Source: a virus (taxonomy: Duplodnaviria > Heunggongvirae > Uroviricota > Caudoviricetes). From it: 46,788 bases of DNA. A model generated the notes under the pieces. The model was given only the letters and a program-made list of their open reading frames with translations. It was not told where the DNA came from and made no database searches. The stretch lies in IMG/VR virus record IMGVR_UViG_2896607866_000013; one strand, written 5' to 3'. A program made the translations under genes and the position numbers. The number at the start of each line of letters is the position of its first letter. Within the stretch, counting starts at the first letter, position 1. This document shows, one piece after another, positions 29,442 to 39,270 of the stretch.

Positions 29442-29822
29442 TTACTTTTTTAGCAGCCAGTCGTCCATCTCCAGTCTTACCCCCAGCACAGACAAACATC
29501 CGTCAATAAACCCTTCGGCTATCTGCATCTCAATTCGTATTGCTTTTTCGCTTTTCTTTCTCGTCCTGGCTATCTGTCTTTTTGATATTCGCAACAAATA
29601 ATGAGCAATGAGAAGCGAATACTCCTCAGGTTTTTTCTGCTTCAGACGAGCAAGACAGTTTTCAATGATAAGTCCGTCATCATCGCAGCAGGCCGGACGT
29701 GGTTTAGTGGCAGATGGTAAAAGTCCTTTGAATCCGGCAGCGATCGGAGAATAGTCCACCCCGGTGTTACCACTTGCAGCCCATGCCCCCCAGCGTTCAA
29801 GAACCATCTGAATATCACGCAT
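29442..29822 (-). CDS. Q: Late antiterminator Q (QuuD/phage 21-type short Q)
   Basis: ATG at 29822: MRDIQMVLERWGAWAA...PACCDDD... matches recalled DLP12 QuuD N-terminus. Confidence 0.75.
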   Translation of the reverse strand: MRDIQMVLERWGAWAASGNTGVDYSPIAAGFKGLLPSATKPRPACCDDDGLIIENCLARLKQKKPEEYSLLIAHYLLRISKRQIARTRKKSEKAIRIEMQIAEGFIDGCLSVLGVRLEMDDWLLKK

Positions 29823-29839
29823 CAACTTTCTCCACAAAA

Positions 29840-30835
29840 TCAGGACAGCACACCAATCGCCAGCGCGCGATCGATAAAACGAAATATCAGCTCCAGTTGG
29901 GAACCATACTTCTCTTCAAATGCCACGGTATCCGCATGCAGTTCGTCATGGTGTTTTCTGCACAAAGGCAACACAAAAAGGTCATGCGCTTTTGTACCCA
30001 TTCCACCCTGACCATGACCAATCAGGTGATGAGGATCGTCGGCTGGCTTACCACAACATGCACACGGCTGCGTCTTAACCCAGCGCGTGTACTTTTCATT
30101 AACCCAGCGGCGACGTTTTGGGCGTAACATAAAAGACTCCGGCGACTCCGGATCCACTTTCAGCGCCAGCACCTTTTTCGCCTTATCCTGGATGATGCTG
30201 GTGGCAGGAACCGAAGGCACAAGGTCACTTTCCCGGGTGACAGACGGCACAACAGGCTTCGGTAATCTCAGTGCCTTACGGGCTGCACTTTCCGGTAAGG
30301 CATCCGCCAGGTCATTACGAATCAGCCACCAGCACAGTTCCGGCATTGTCACAACGTGACTGTCATCAAAACCAAGATCACGGCGCACAACAGACAACAC
30401 CCAGCGGGCACAGTTATCCGTTGCCATTGCTTCCAGCCGTTCCGTGAACTGGTCACGGAGAAGATTGTCACAGTGCCAGCACAGACGGATTGCGCCTGGC
30501 GCGTGCCGCATTGTGGTCATGTTCTCGCTGTGCCAGTCGGAATGAGGCCACTGACAGCCCTTTTCACGAAGTAACCAGCTCTCAAGGCATTCCACGCCAC
30601 CAGCACGACGGATCACCGCCTCATGGCGGAACACGGCCCGAACGGCAGGATCATCCGCCAGCGGTTGTGATGCTGCCGGAACGGCACCGCTGGCGAAAGA
30701 TGAATAACGTTCCGGCTCAGGCTCCAGCAGGACACGCCCCTGCATAAACAGGGGCATCAGCTCTGAACCTGGCCTGAACAATACGATCCCCATACGCGGG
30801 GCAATTTCAGGGGTCAGTAGTGCTCTCACGGTCAC
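29840..30835 (-). CDS. DUF968-like protein with HNH-like Cys/His motif (YdfU-like)
   Basis: 331 aa; C-terminal CACCGKPADDPHHLIGHG...PLCRKHHDELH; next to Q as ydfU is next to quuQ in Qin; alternative ATG at 30793. Confidence 0.55.
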   Translation of the reverse strand: MTVRALLTPEIAPRMGIVLFRPGSELMPLFMQGRVLLEPEPERYSSFASGAVPAASQPLADDPAVRAVFRHEAVIRRAGGVECLESWLLREKGCQWPHSDWHSENMTTMRHAPGAIRLCWHCDNLLRDQFTERLEAMATDNCARWVLSVVRRDLGFDDSHVVTMPELCWWLIRNDLADALPESAARKALRLPKPVVPSVTRESDLVPSVPATSIIQDKAKKVLALKVDPESPESFMLRPKRRRWVNEKYTRWVKTQPCACCGKPADDPHHLIGHGQGGMGTKAHDLFVLPLCRKHHDELHADTVAFEEKYGSQLELIFRFIDRALAIGVLS

Positions 30836-30836
30836 C

Positions 30837-31646
30837 TCAATGAACGGTATCGAGCAGCTTTAACAGCTCAGGGAATCGGGATTCGAAGAAATGCGGCTGC
30901 GTCTCGCGCGGATTTGCGGGACTGGTGATGTTCTTGCCGAACATGCAGCCTTTCGCTGTCAGCGACCAGAATTTTTTGATGTTGTTAATCGCGGTACGGC
31001 TGTATCGTTCGCGCTGCTCGACGATCCCCAGCTTCACCATCTGGTGATATGCCTGATTAGCCGTCAGGCGGATACCATACTGTTTCAGCAGTGCACTCAG
31101 TGACAGTGTCGGGCGACTTGAGCCATCGTGTGCATCAGCAGGAGCATCAATGGCATAGCGTGGTGCCAGATTCGGTAAGCCAACAGCCTCCTGGAGTTTC
31201 TGACAGGCACCAAGCACAGATGAGTTAGACAGGTTTAATTCCCGACGCATAAAGTCCAGCAGAATCACACCAGCCTGCATCTTGTCAGCAGCCTGTCCGG
31301 ATAATTTTTCCGGTGTGCTGGTTACCATGTCGAAAGTACGGATCACCTTCAGATGGAATGACGGGCTGATCCACATTGCATAGGCATACACCAGTTCCTT
31401 GCAGACATAAGTTCCCCGTTCATTTCCCCCATGAATCACACTCACCGGGTCAACACCCAAATTCTGGGTGTTGGTCAATTCATGAACAAGTTCAACAGTT
31501 TGTTGGCTGGAAAGAAACTTTCCTGGCTCCTTGGTTCTGGCATTTGCACCAGATGCTACTGCTGCGCGATGTAGATCGTTCAGGCTGTAACGCCCATAAA
31601 CATCACGACGAACTTCAATACCATCAATGACCATCAGATTATTCAT
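30837..31646 (-). CDS. KilA-N domain protein
   Basis: ATG at 31646 with GGAGAA SD; N-terminal MNNLMVIDGIEVRRDVYGRYSLNDLHRAA... typical of KilA-N. Confidence 0.55.
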   Translation of the reverse strand: MNNLMVIDGIEVRRDVYGRYSLNDLHRAAVASGANARTKEPGKFLSSQQTVELVHELTNTQNLGVDPVSVIHGGNERGTYVCKELVYAYAMWISPSFHLKVIRTFDMVTSTPEKLSGQAADKMQAGVILLDFMRRELNLSNSSVLGACQKLQEAVGLPNLAPRYAIDAPADAHDGSSRPTLSLSALLKQYGIRLTANQAYHQMVKLGIVEQRERYSRTAINNIKKFWSLTAKGCMFGKNITSPANPRETQPHFFESRFPELLKLLDTVH

Positions 31647-31665
31647 ACTTCGTTTCTCCTCTTGA

Positions 31666-32055
31666 TCAGGCGGCTGCACCCGCCGTTTTCTCGTACTTAC
31701 TGATAGTGATCTCGACCTTCCCTTTCGGGATAACCGGTCCCCACTCCACCAGCATTCTTTTCACCTGACTGTCGTCTTCCCACACACCCGCGTGGGTCAG
31801 GGCGTCAAACAGCGCCTTGTTATAGTTGTCCAGATCGCGGATCCTGTTATCCGGAGGAAACAACACGATCTCCACTGAAGCAGGTGCCGACGTTGGTTTC
31901 GGCAGACGACGTAACTGCTCAATGATGGCGGCACACGCCGCGCTCTGAAATTTTCGCCCCGCCTCGCTTATCAGGCTCTTACCAGCAAATGCCCCTTTGT
32001 TGGGGTGTCGCCAGTACGTGTTCACGCTGGGCGGAAAAGGCAGTATTAGCTTCAT
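31666..32055 (-). CDS. rusA: Holliday junction resolvase RusA
   Basis: 129 aa; PPSVNTYWRH...RDLDNYNKALFDALTHAGVWEDDSQV matches RusA catalytic Asp motifs. Confidence 0.8.
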   Translation of the reverse strand: MKLILPFPPSVNTYWRHPNKGAFAGKSLISEAGRKFQSAACAAIIEQLRRLPKPTSAPASVEIVLFPPDNRIRDLDNYNKALFDALTHAGVWEDDSQVKRMLVEWGPVIPKGKVEITISKYEKTAGAAA

Positions 32056-32705
32056 GCCACCATCTCCCTGACCAGTTTTTCCGCCTGCTGGCGAACCTGC
32101 GCCAGAAATGCCTCACCACATGCCTCAAGTTCATCGCGCCCGATGTAGCTGATTGCCGGTCCCTTCCAGGTCTTGTCGAAAACAGCAATAGCACCAGCGA
32201 AGAAAGCACCTGTTGGCACCTGCTTTTCGTCTTTCGGGATAAACCAGGCAGGCAGTTCAAAACCAATACGCCCGCGAATAAAAGCAATATGATCTGCATC
32301 TTCCGGCCACCACACTTCGCTGGTGGCAGCTTTGATCAGGAAAACATAGCGCCCGCCTTTATCACGCATGGCACTGGCATGCTTCATGATGTAACGCATG
32401 CCGGTGATGTATTGCCCCTCATGCTGACTGGCGCGGCTGTACGGGGGATTGCCAAAGGCAGCACCTTTAAGCTCCGCAAGACGTTCTGACCAGTCATGCG
32501 CCAGCGCGTTGTCTTCCGCCGTGTAATACGCGGCACATTTGGCGTTATCACCGTCAGTGAACAGATCCAGAACAAACGGACCAAACAAGGTGTTAATTCC
32601 CCAGAAAATGTTGTCCGGCGTGCGCCACTGATCGCCCACTTCCTTCAGTTCATGGGCTGGTTTGTTCCGCAGTTCTACCAGCGCCTGGCAATATTTATTA
32701 CTCAT
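32052..32705 (-). CDS. Phage Dam-type N6-adenine DNA methyltransferase
   Basis: 217 aa with FGNPPYS motif; no cognate nuclease. Confidence 0.65.
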   Translation of the reverse strand: MSNKYCQALVELRNKPAHELKEVGDQWRTPDNIFWGINTLFGPFVLDLFTDGDNAKCAAYYTAEDNALAHDWSERLAELKGAAFGNPPYSRASQHEGQYITGMRYIMKHASAMRDKGGRYVFLIKAATSEVWWPEDADHIAFIRGRIGFELPAWFIPKDEKQVPTGAFFAGAIAVFDKTWKGPAISYIGRDELEACGEAFLAQVRQQAEKLVREMVA

Positions 32706-32797
32706 TAAGCCCCCACGTAAAAAGCATCCGCAATGTCTCCGGAAGTACAGCCCGGATGGGCTTCAATGAATTTCTGAACGTCATTTAACAGACTCAT
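32705..32797 (-). CDS. Candidate 30-aa ORF coupled between O-like gene and dam
   Basis: ATG 2 nt after O-like stop, preceded by AGGGGGTGA SD; its TAA overlaps dam ATG (TAATG); MSLLNDVQKFIEAHPGCTSGDIADAFYVGA. Confidence 0.3.
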   Translation of the reverse strand: MSLLNDVQKFIEAHPGCTSGDIADAFYVGA

Positions 32798-32799
32798 GA

Positions 32800-33783
32800 T
32801 CACCCCCTGAATCCTTCCGGGATCTGGCTGTAGTCCACGTTGTCGTAACTGGCTTTGAAGTACGGGTCCTCGCGTCTGGCTGCAGATACCGCAGGAACTT
32901 CCCAGGATTCTTCGAAATGACGATCCGGACCAAAGAACGTCGACGCCTGCTTCACGAACTGGGTACCGGTATTTCCAGAGACACGCACCCAGGCGGCATA
33001 GCGTTTCACACCGTCGAGCATGGTTTCGGGTGTCACACCTTCCCTGATTCGGGCTTTCCAGGCTTTAAAAGCGGCGGATTTTGAATTACCACCAGCACGT
33101 TTGGGATATTCCTGCCAGGCCTGTTCAAATTCCGGTGAATATTCCTGTCTGGCAGAACGCGCTGGTGCAGACGCGTCAGCGGATGCGCCAATAGTGTTTT
33201 TAGTCTCCGTTGTAATCTCTGTAGTAATCTCTGTATTTGTATCAACATTCGGCGTATCCCCTGTTCCGTTATGACGTCGGGGGGTGTTCCGTTTTAACGT
33301 AATAGTTGTATCGCTGATTGCATTATTGCTGTTACTTTCTGGCGAAACAGAAGAAGGTGTGGTGATGGCCGCAATTGCCTGTGGGTTGATCCCGACAAAC
33401 AAAATATTGCTGCATTTCACCCCATCGAGCATTTCCACCGTGCGTAAATCCAGAGTAATAAACCCTGCATCGCGCAGACGCTTCAGCGCATCTGCGGTTT
33501 CCCTTTTCCCGAAACCAAACTGCTCAGCAAACGCCTGGTAGCTTCTTTGCAGTTTGTCGCCCTGAAAACGCTTGCGATATCCCAGCAACGCTCCGGTGTG
33601 CTCATCCCTGACCTCTGTCGGGCGGTACCAGTAAACGATCTCTGAAAGCAGAGCGATAGCCGTCGCATCCGGACGCCCACTGGGTAGTCGAATATATTTC
33701 CACCAGGTCGCAGGTGTAACATTGCCGGAAATATTAATTTGACCAATAGCCATAACTTCCGGTGTGGGGGCGTAACGGCTCAT
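32800..33783 (-). CDS. Replication initiation / replisome organizer protein (O-like)
   Basis: 327 aa; position of lambda O after the cro/CII region; internal EITTEITTETK repeat encoded by direct DNA repeats; no P-like gene follows. Confidence 0.5.
   Translation of the reverse strand: MSRYAPTPEVMAIGQINISGNVTPATWWKYIRLPSGRPDATAIALLSEIVYWYRPTEVRDEHTGALLGYRKRFQGDKLQRSYQAFAEQFGFGKRETADALKRLRDAGFITLDLRTVEMLDGVKCSNILFVGINPQAIAAITTPSSVSPESNSNNAISDTTITLKRNTPRRHNGTGDTPNVDTNTEITTEITTETKNTIGASADASAPARSARQEYSPEFEQAWQEYPKRAGGNSKSAAFKAWKARIREGVTPETMLDGVKRYAAWVRVSGNTGTQFVKQASTFFGPDRHFEESWEVPAVSAARREDPYFKASYDNVDYSQIPEGFRG
33203..33238. repeat. Tandem 12-bp direct repeats inside O-like gene (candidate ori iterons)
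   Basis: TCTCCGTTGTAA / TCTCTGTAGTAA / TCTCTGTATTTG in tandem; lambda ori iterons also lie inside O. Confidence 0.35.
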
Positions 33784-34019
33784 ACAACCTCCTTCCGCAG
33801 CATGAGAATTGTGTAGCCACGCGCAGGTTGTAGTCTGGCTTTTGCATCAATAGTAAGCGTTGCAATTTTTCGGATATGAAGATAACCAGCTCTTTCCAGT
33901 GCCAGGGTTTCCCTGAATATCGCTTGCTTAGAACAACAGCAGAAATCAGCAAGCACCTGATGATCAATAACTCTCTCGCCTTCACCGTCTGAAGAACCCG
34001 ACATCAAAACACGCAACAT
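33780..34019 (-). CDS. Hypothetical small protein (79 aa) upstream of O-like gene
   Basis: ATG at 34019 (alt 34004), stop overlaps O-like start (ATGA); no strong SD. Confidence 0.3.
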   Translation of the reverse strand: MLRVLMSGSSDGEGERVIDHQVLADFCCCSKQAIFRETLALERAGYLHIRKIATLTIDAKARLQPARGYTILMLRKEVV

Positions 34020-34107
34020 AATCAGGCGCTGAATCGGGTTATCGAAAGCACATCCGCACACAAACTGAAAACAGTTCACGCCACACCTCCCAGACGCTTT
34101 GAAGTGG

Positions 34108-35276
<1,169 letters not shown>

Positions 35277-35345
35277 TGGAGCACCTGTGTTGTTCTGAGG
35301 TGAGCATATCACCTCTGTTCAGGTGGCCAAATTCAGTGTGCCACT

Positions 35346-35552
35346 TCACTTAAACATTTTTCCGGAGCAAAAGGCTATAAGCGGCATACTGACGCGGTAA
35401 TTACGGCCCAGCGGTTCACAAATCACCTTCTGACATTCACGGTCAACCAGGCTAACACGTAGAACATGCCCTGCAGGTGTGGTGTACCACTGACCCGGAC
35501 GAGGACAACGGAAAGTCTGATTGGTAAACCGTTTGAAAATATTCCGGATCAT
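35346..35552 (-). pseudogene. Small gene sharing the MIRNIFK.FTN leader of the Rha array, 3' end split by IS911
   Basis: ORF stop codon TGA is the first 3 nt of the IS911 end; without the IS the frame continues 6 codons (..KMFKRLGGVA*). Confidence 0.5.
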
Positions 35553-36421
35553 TTACGCCCCCTTACCTCTGAAGGGTTCAGCGACAAATTTATGAGGCAG
35601 GCCAGTGCCGAAGCATCATTAATATAGTCATACAAGCTAACAGCCAGCGGAGATTCGGCTTTTGCCAACATAGGATAAAGCTGCTGCAGCCAGACCTGAT
35701 GAATTGATGAAATGTAGGAATAGAGAACGCTGGCGTTATGTGCAACATCGCTCAGTACAGAGGGATTTGAAAGCTGTTTCTCCATCTGGTTAAAGGCATT
35801 GATGTATGCCTCTTTGAACTGGGCAGCACGTTTACCCGTGAAGCCCATGGCAAGAAACGCAAAACCGTCGCGGGTGATTTGGTAACAAGGGAGTTTGCGG
35901 CCTGATGCGTCGGTGTATTCACTTAACACAAAATTGTGTTCAGTAAATTCAGCGGAACATTCGAGGTTTCTAATTCTATCTAAAACCCGCTCATGCCGTT
36001 TAGTAAAGTAATTAGCTACTGCAAGAGATGTGGTGACAACGCGACCATTGATAATCGTGATTTCAGGGTGAGATTGGGTTGGGAGAGTAGTCATGGTGAC
36101 AGCCCCTATGTTGAATTCAATGAACTCACCACCAAGGCTTTCCACGACCATATAGGTGGTGAGACGTACAGGGGTGGAAATACCGGTCAACATAGAACCC
36201 GGCCCAACCGAAGTTGGCCCTGCACGCCCCACCATAATTTGGGCGTAACGATGCTCATGACACGAAAAAACCGCATGAGCGCGGTTGTGCTCTATATTGA
36301 ATTTCGGGTTTCCACGCCCGGCACCCGCTTTATAAGGTGCCTGAACAGTGTAACGTCCCGGAATGGCAGAATCAATGTGCTGGTGGCGATTGGTAAACAG
36401 TTTGAAAATATTCCGGATCAT
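35549..36421 (-). CDS. Rha-family phage regulatory protein (copy 1 of tandem pair)
   Basis: 290 aa; C-terminal half has Rha signature VTTSLAVANYF.KRH..VL..IR.LE...GRKLPCYQITRDGFAFLAMGFTGKRAA.FKEAYINAFNQMEK. Confidence 0.65.
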   Translation of the reverse strand: MIRNIFKLFTNRHQHIDSAIPGRYTVQAPYKAGAGRGNPKFNIEHNRAHAVFSCHEHRYAQIMVGRAGPTSVGPGSMLTGISTPVRLTTYMVVESLGGEFIEFNIGAVTMTTLPTQSHPEITIINGRVVTTSLAVANYFTKRHERVLDRIRNLECSAEFTEHNFVLSEYTDASGRKLPCYQITRDGFAFLAMGFTGKRAAQFKEAYINAFNQMEKQLSNPSVLSDVAHNASVLYSYISSIHQVWLQQLYPMLAKAESPLAVSLYDYINDASALACLINLSLNPSEVRGRK

Positions 36422-37569
36422 TTACGCCCCCTTACCTCTGAAGGATTCAGCGACAAATTTATGAGGCAGGCCAGCGCCGAAGCATCATTAATATAGTCAT
36501 ACAAGCTAACAGCCAGCGGAGATTCGGCTTTTGCCAACATGGGATAAAGCTGCTGCAGCCAGACCTTGTGGATTACCGACAGGTGGGAGTAAAGCACGCT
36601 GGCGTTATCTGCGGCATCGCTCAGCGTGGATGGCTTTGAAAGCAGTTTTTCCATCTGGTTAAAGGCATTTATGTATGCCTCTTTGAACCGGGCAGCACGT
36701 TTACCAGTGAAGCCCATAGCAAGGAACGCGAAGCCATCGCGGGTGATTTGATAGCAAGGTAGTTTGCGGCCTGTGCAATCGGTGTAATCACTCACCGAAA
36801 AATTGCGGGCAGTGAATGATGCGGAGCATTCAAGCGTGCGGATCTTTTTCAGTACATCGTCATGACGTTTGGAGAAGAAGTTGGCAACAGCTAGGGATGA
36901 AGTAACAGCCTGACCATCAACGATGGCAATTTCAGGTTGAGTGAGGGTTGGGAGAGTAGTCATAGTGACAGCCCCGGTAGTCAGTTTTTTAGAAAACTCA
37001 CCACATGGGACGCCAATCACAGAGGTGGTGAGACGTACAGGGTTGGCGTTACCGGAGACTACCGAACCCGGCCCGACCGAAGTCGGCCCTGTACGCCCCA
37101 CCATAATTTGGGCGTAGCAATGCTCATGACACGAAAAAACCGCATGAGCGCGGTTATGCTCAGTAATCAATTTCAGGACGCCAATCCCGGCACCCGCTTT
37201 ATAAGGTGCCTGAACAGTGTAACGTCCCGGAATGGCAGAATCAATGTGCTGGTGGTCCTTCACACTCAACAAAATCACGCCTGAATTTCCACAAAGGACT
37301 AAAGCACTCATGCTGGTAGTCTTTGCGAAGATAGATAACGCGCTGTGTTTCTGGCTCCCAACGAATAACATGGACATAAAGCCCTCTTCCGTCACGAAAC
37401 CAGCGGTTAAGTTCCTGCACAACTCGCCCCCCACAGTCAGGTAAAGTTCTCTGTGGTTACTTACAGCCAGGTGATCTGGTAATCTGCATTCATGCCGTAA
37501 CAACAGGTGTTCAGCGACACTGACCACCAGCTGTTGCGACAAACGGTTATTTGCCGTTAAACTGTTCAT
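36418..37569 (-). CDS. Rha-family phage regulatory protein (copy 2, with unique ~93-aa N-terminal extension)
   Basis: 383 aa; C-terminal 290 aa paralogous to copy 1 (~870-bp tandem DNA repeat); ATG immediately after the CII-like stop. Confidence 0.6.
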   Translation of the reverse strand: MNSLTANNRLSQQLVVSVAEHLLLRHECRLPDHLAVSNHRELYLTVGGELCRNLTAGFVTEEGFMSMLFVGSQKHSALSIFAKTTSMSALVLCGNSGVILLSVKDHQHIDSAIPGRYTVQAPYKAGAGIGVLKLITEHNRAHAVFSCHEHCYAQIMVGRTGPTSVGPGSVVSGNANPVRLTTSVIGVPCGEFSKKLTTGAVTMTTLPTLTQPEIAIVDGQAVTSSLAVANFFSKRHDDVLKKIRTLECSASFTARNFSVSDYTDCTGRKLPCYQITRDGFAFLAMGFTGKRAARFKEAYINAFNQMEKLLSKPSTLSDAADNASVLYSHLSVIHKVWLQQLYPMLAKAESPLAVSLYDYINDASALACLINLSLNPSEVRGRK

Positions 37570-38117
37570 GCGTTAGTTTCTCCACAGACACAAAACGCCA
37601 CGACGCCCGGAGCTGCACACTCGCGGGCGTCACTCTTTTCTGGAGCGCAGAAGATTTTGTAGACCAGTGCTGCATGCTCCTGGAGCTTCGAAATTGACAG
37701 ATACAACTCATCATTAATTGCTGTCTGCTCGTGTGGCTCCACGACCCCATCTTCGATTGCCGAACGAATCTGCTTTGAGTAATTCCCGATCTGTTCGATG
37801 ACTTCCAGCAGGCGCTGGTTTATATCGGCGTTCTCTACTTCCTCAATTTCAGGAAGCGATACGAACACCCCACCAGCAGACTGTGCGACAGCATCCGCAA
37901 TGTAGTGAGTGCCAGCAGCACGCTGTAAAATCATTGCCCATCCCAGCGGGAAAATCTGATCGCCATCTGCACGAAGGCGGTTGAATAAAGCGTTCTCTGT
38001 TACATCCAGCCACTCAGCAGCTTCAGCGTAACCCCCCGGCAACGCCGCGATAGTTTTTCTGACAGCTTTCACGTACCACTCAGGCTGTTTTTCCACTTTC
38101 CAGTGATGATTACCCAC
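37566..38117 (-). CDS. CII-like regulatory protein (tentative)
   Basis: 183 aa directly downstream of cro; weak resemblance to recalled phage 186 CII-type proteins; family call is inference. Confidence 0.35.
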   Translation of the reverse strand: MGNHHWKVEKQPEWYVKAVRKTIAALPGGYAEAAEWLDVTENALFNRLRADGDQIFPLGWAMILQRAAGTHYIADAVAQSAGGVFVSLPEIEEVENADINQRLLEVIEQIGNYSKQIRSAIEDGVVEPHEQTAINDELYLSISKLQEHAALVYKIFCAPEKSDARECAAPGVVAFCVCGETNA

Positions 38118-38370
38118 GGCTTACCTCCTGTTCCTGTGGTTTAAACCCATTCTGGTTTTGGCTAGATTGAAAACGTGCCGGATAAAGAATCTGCATTTCG
38201 CTGATTTCACCCTTAAAAAAATTGGCCAGACGTTCTGCAAGATCGATAGATGGAATTTGTTCCAGTCTTTCAATACGACTCAGCGTCGCTGGATTGACCT
38301 GAACGCCAGCAGCAACATGCTGCAAAGTAAATCCGTGCGCCTTACGCACATTCCGTAATAGTGATTGCAT
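38110..38370 (-). CDS. cro: Cro-like HTH repressor
   Basis: 86 aa, HTH motif TLQHVAAGVQVNPATLSRIE; GGAGG SD; divergent from cI across the operator region. Confidence 0.8.
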   Translation of the reverse strand: MQSLLRNVRKAHGFTLQHVAAGVQVNPATLSRIERLEQIPSIDLAERLANFFKGEISEMQILYPARFQSSQNQNGFKPQEQEVSRG

Positions 38371-38467
38371 ATAACCTCCACATATTGCGTGATGGGCATA
38401 TTATTTCACGCAAATATTTTGCGCAAGTTGATTTGCTTAACGCGCAATAAAGAAATGTAATAAACGC
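38371..38467. promoter_or_regulatory. OR operator / pR-pRM region
   Basis: Perfect TTGC-N7-GCAA site at 38433-38447 plus TTGCG/CGCAA half-sites; pR TTGCGC-17-TAATAT on - strand; pRM TTGCTT-17-TGTAAT on + strand ending ~6 nt before cI ATG. Confidence 0.65.
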
Positions 38468-39160
38468 ATGAACATAGGAAACCGAGTCAGACAACTTCGC
38501 CAGGCGAAGAACATGAAAATCGCCGATCTCGCTGAAGCAATAGGAGTGGATGCGGCGAATATCTCACGCCTGGAAACAGGTAAGCAGAAACAATTCACTG
38601 AACAAGCCCTGAGTAATATTGCCAGGAGCTTAGGTGTTGATATTGCTGATCTCTTTACCTCAGACTTCAAAAGTAATACTGTATGTAAAAACAGTATTAG
38701 TGAGGATGTTGCGCAGGTGAAGGATGTATTCCGTATTGAAATGCTGGATGTCAGTGCCAGTGCGGGAAATGGCCTTATCCAGGGCGGTGATGTCATTGAT
38801 GTGATTCATGCCATTGAATACAGAACTGATAATGCTGTATCGATGTTTGGCGGACGGCCAGCAAATCACATTAAAGTTATCAACGTTCGTGGGGACAGTA
38901 TGTGTCCAACCATTGAGCCAGGAGATCTCATCTTCGTTGATGTCAGTATCAATCAGTTTGATGGAGATGGTATCTATGTATTTGGTTTTGATGATAAAAT
39001 TTATGTCAAACGACTGCAAATGATACCTGACAAACTACTGGTGATTTCTGATAACCAGATTTATCGTGAATGGGGAATTACCAGCGAAAATGAACACCGG
39101 TTTATGGTCTTTGGAAAGGTCTTAATCAGCCAGTCACAAACCCTTAAGCGACACAATTAA
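38468..39160 (+). CDS. cI: CI-type prophage repressor (HTH_XRE + S24 LexA-like peptidase domain)
   Basis: 230 aa; N-terminal HTH; C-terminal RGDSMCPTIEPGD (Ser) and KRL (Lys) autocleavage dyad. Confidence 0.85.
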   Translation: MNIGNRVRQLRQAKNMKIADLAEAIGVDAANISRLETGKQKQFTEQALSNIARSLGVDIADLFTSDFKSNTVCKNSISEDVAQVKDVFRIEMLDVSASAGNGLIQGGDVIDVIHAIEYRTDNAVSMFGGRPANHIKVINVRGDSMCPTIEPGDLIFVDVSINQFDGDGIYVFGFDDKIYVKRLQMIPDKLLVISDNQIYREWGITSENEHRFMVFGKVLISQSQTLKRHN

Positions 39161-39180
39161 CCCTTACCTCCTCATCAATT

Positions 39181-39205
39181 AGCCACCCGAAGGTGGCTTT
39201 TCATT
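39181..39205 (+). terminator. Intrinsic terminator after cI
   Basis: AGCCACC-CGAA-GGTGGCT followed by TTTCATT. Confidence 0.6.
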
Positions 39206-39209
39206 ACCC

Positions 39210-39270
39210 ATCAAATTGCATATCTCGCAACAAAAATACTTGCATAATGCGCAACTTCATTTTATCTTTC
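39210..39270 (+). promoter_or_regulatory. OL operators and putative pL
   Basis: Two perfect TTGC-N7-GCAA sites (39216-39230, 39240-39254), same consensus as OR; TTGCAT-17-TATCTT promoter-like elements facing right. Confidence 0.5.

Noticed and set aside
38437-38796. 119-aa - strand ORF
   Set aside because: Antisense to the N-terminus of cI and overlapping the operator region; cI assignment is much better supported.
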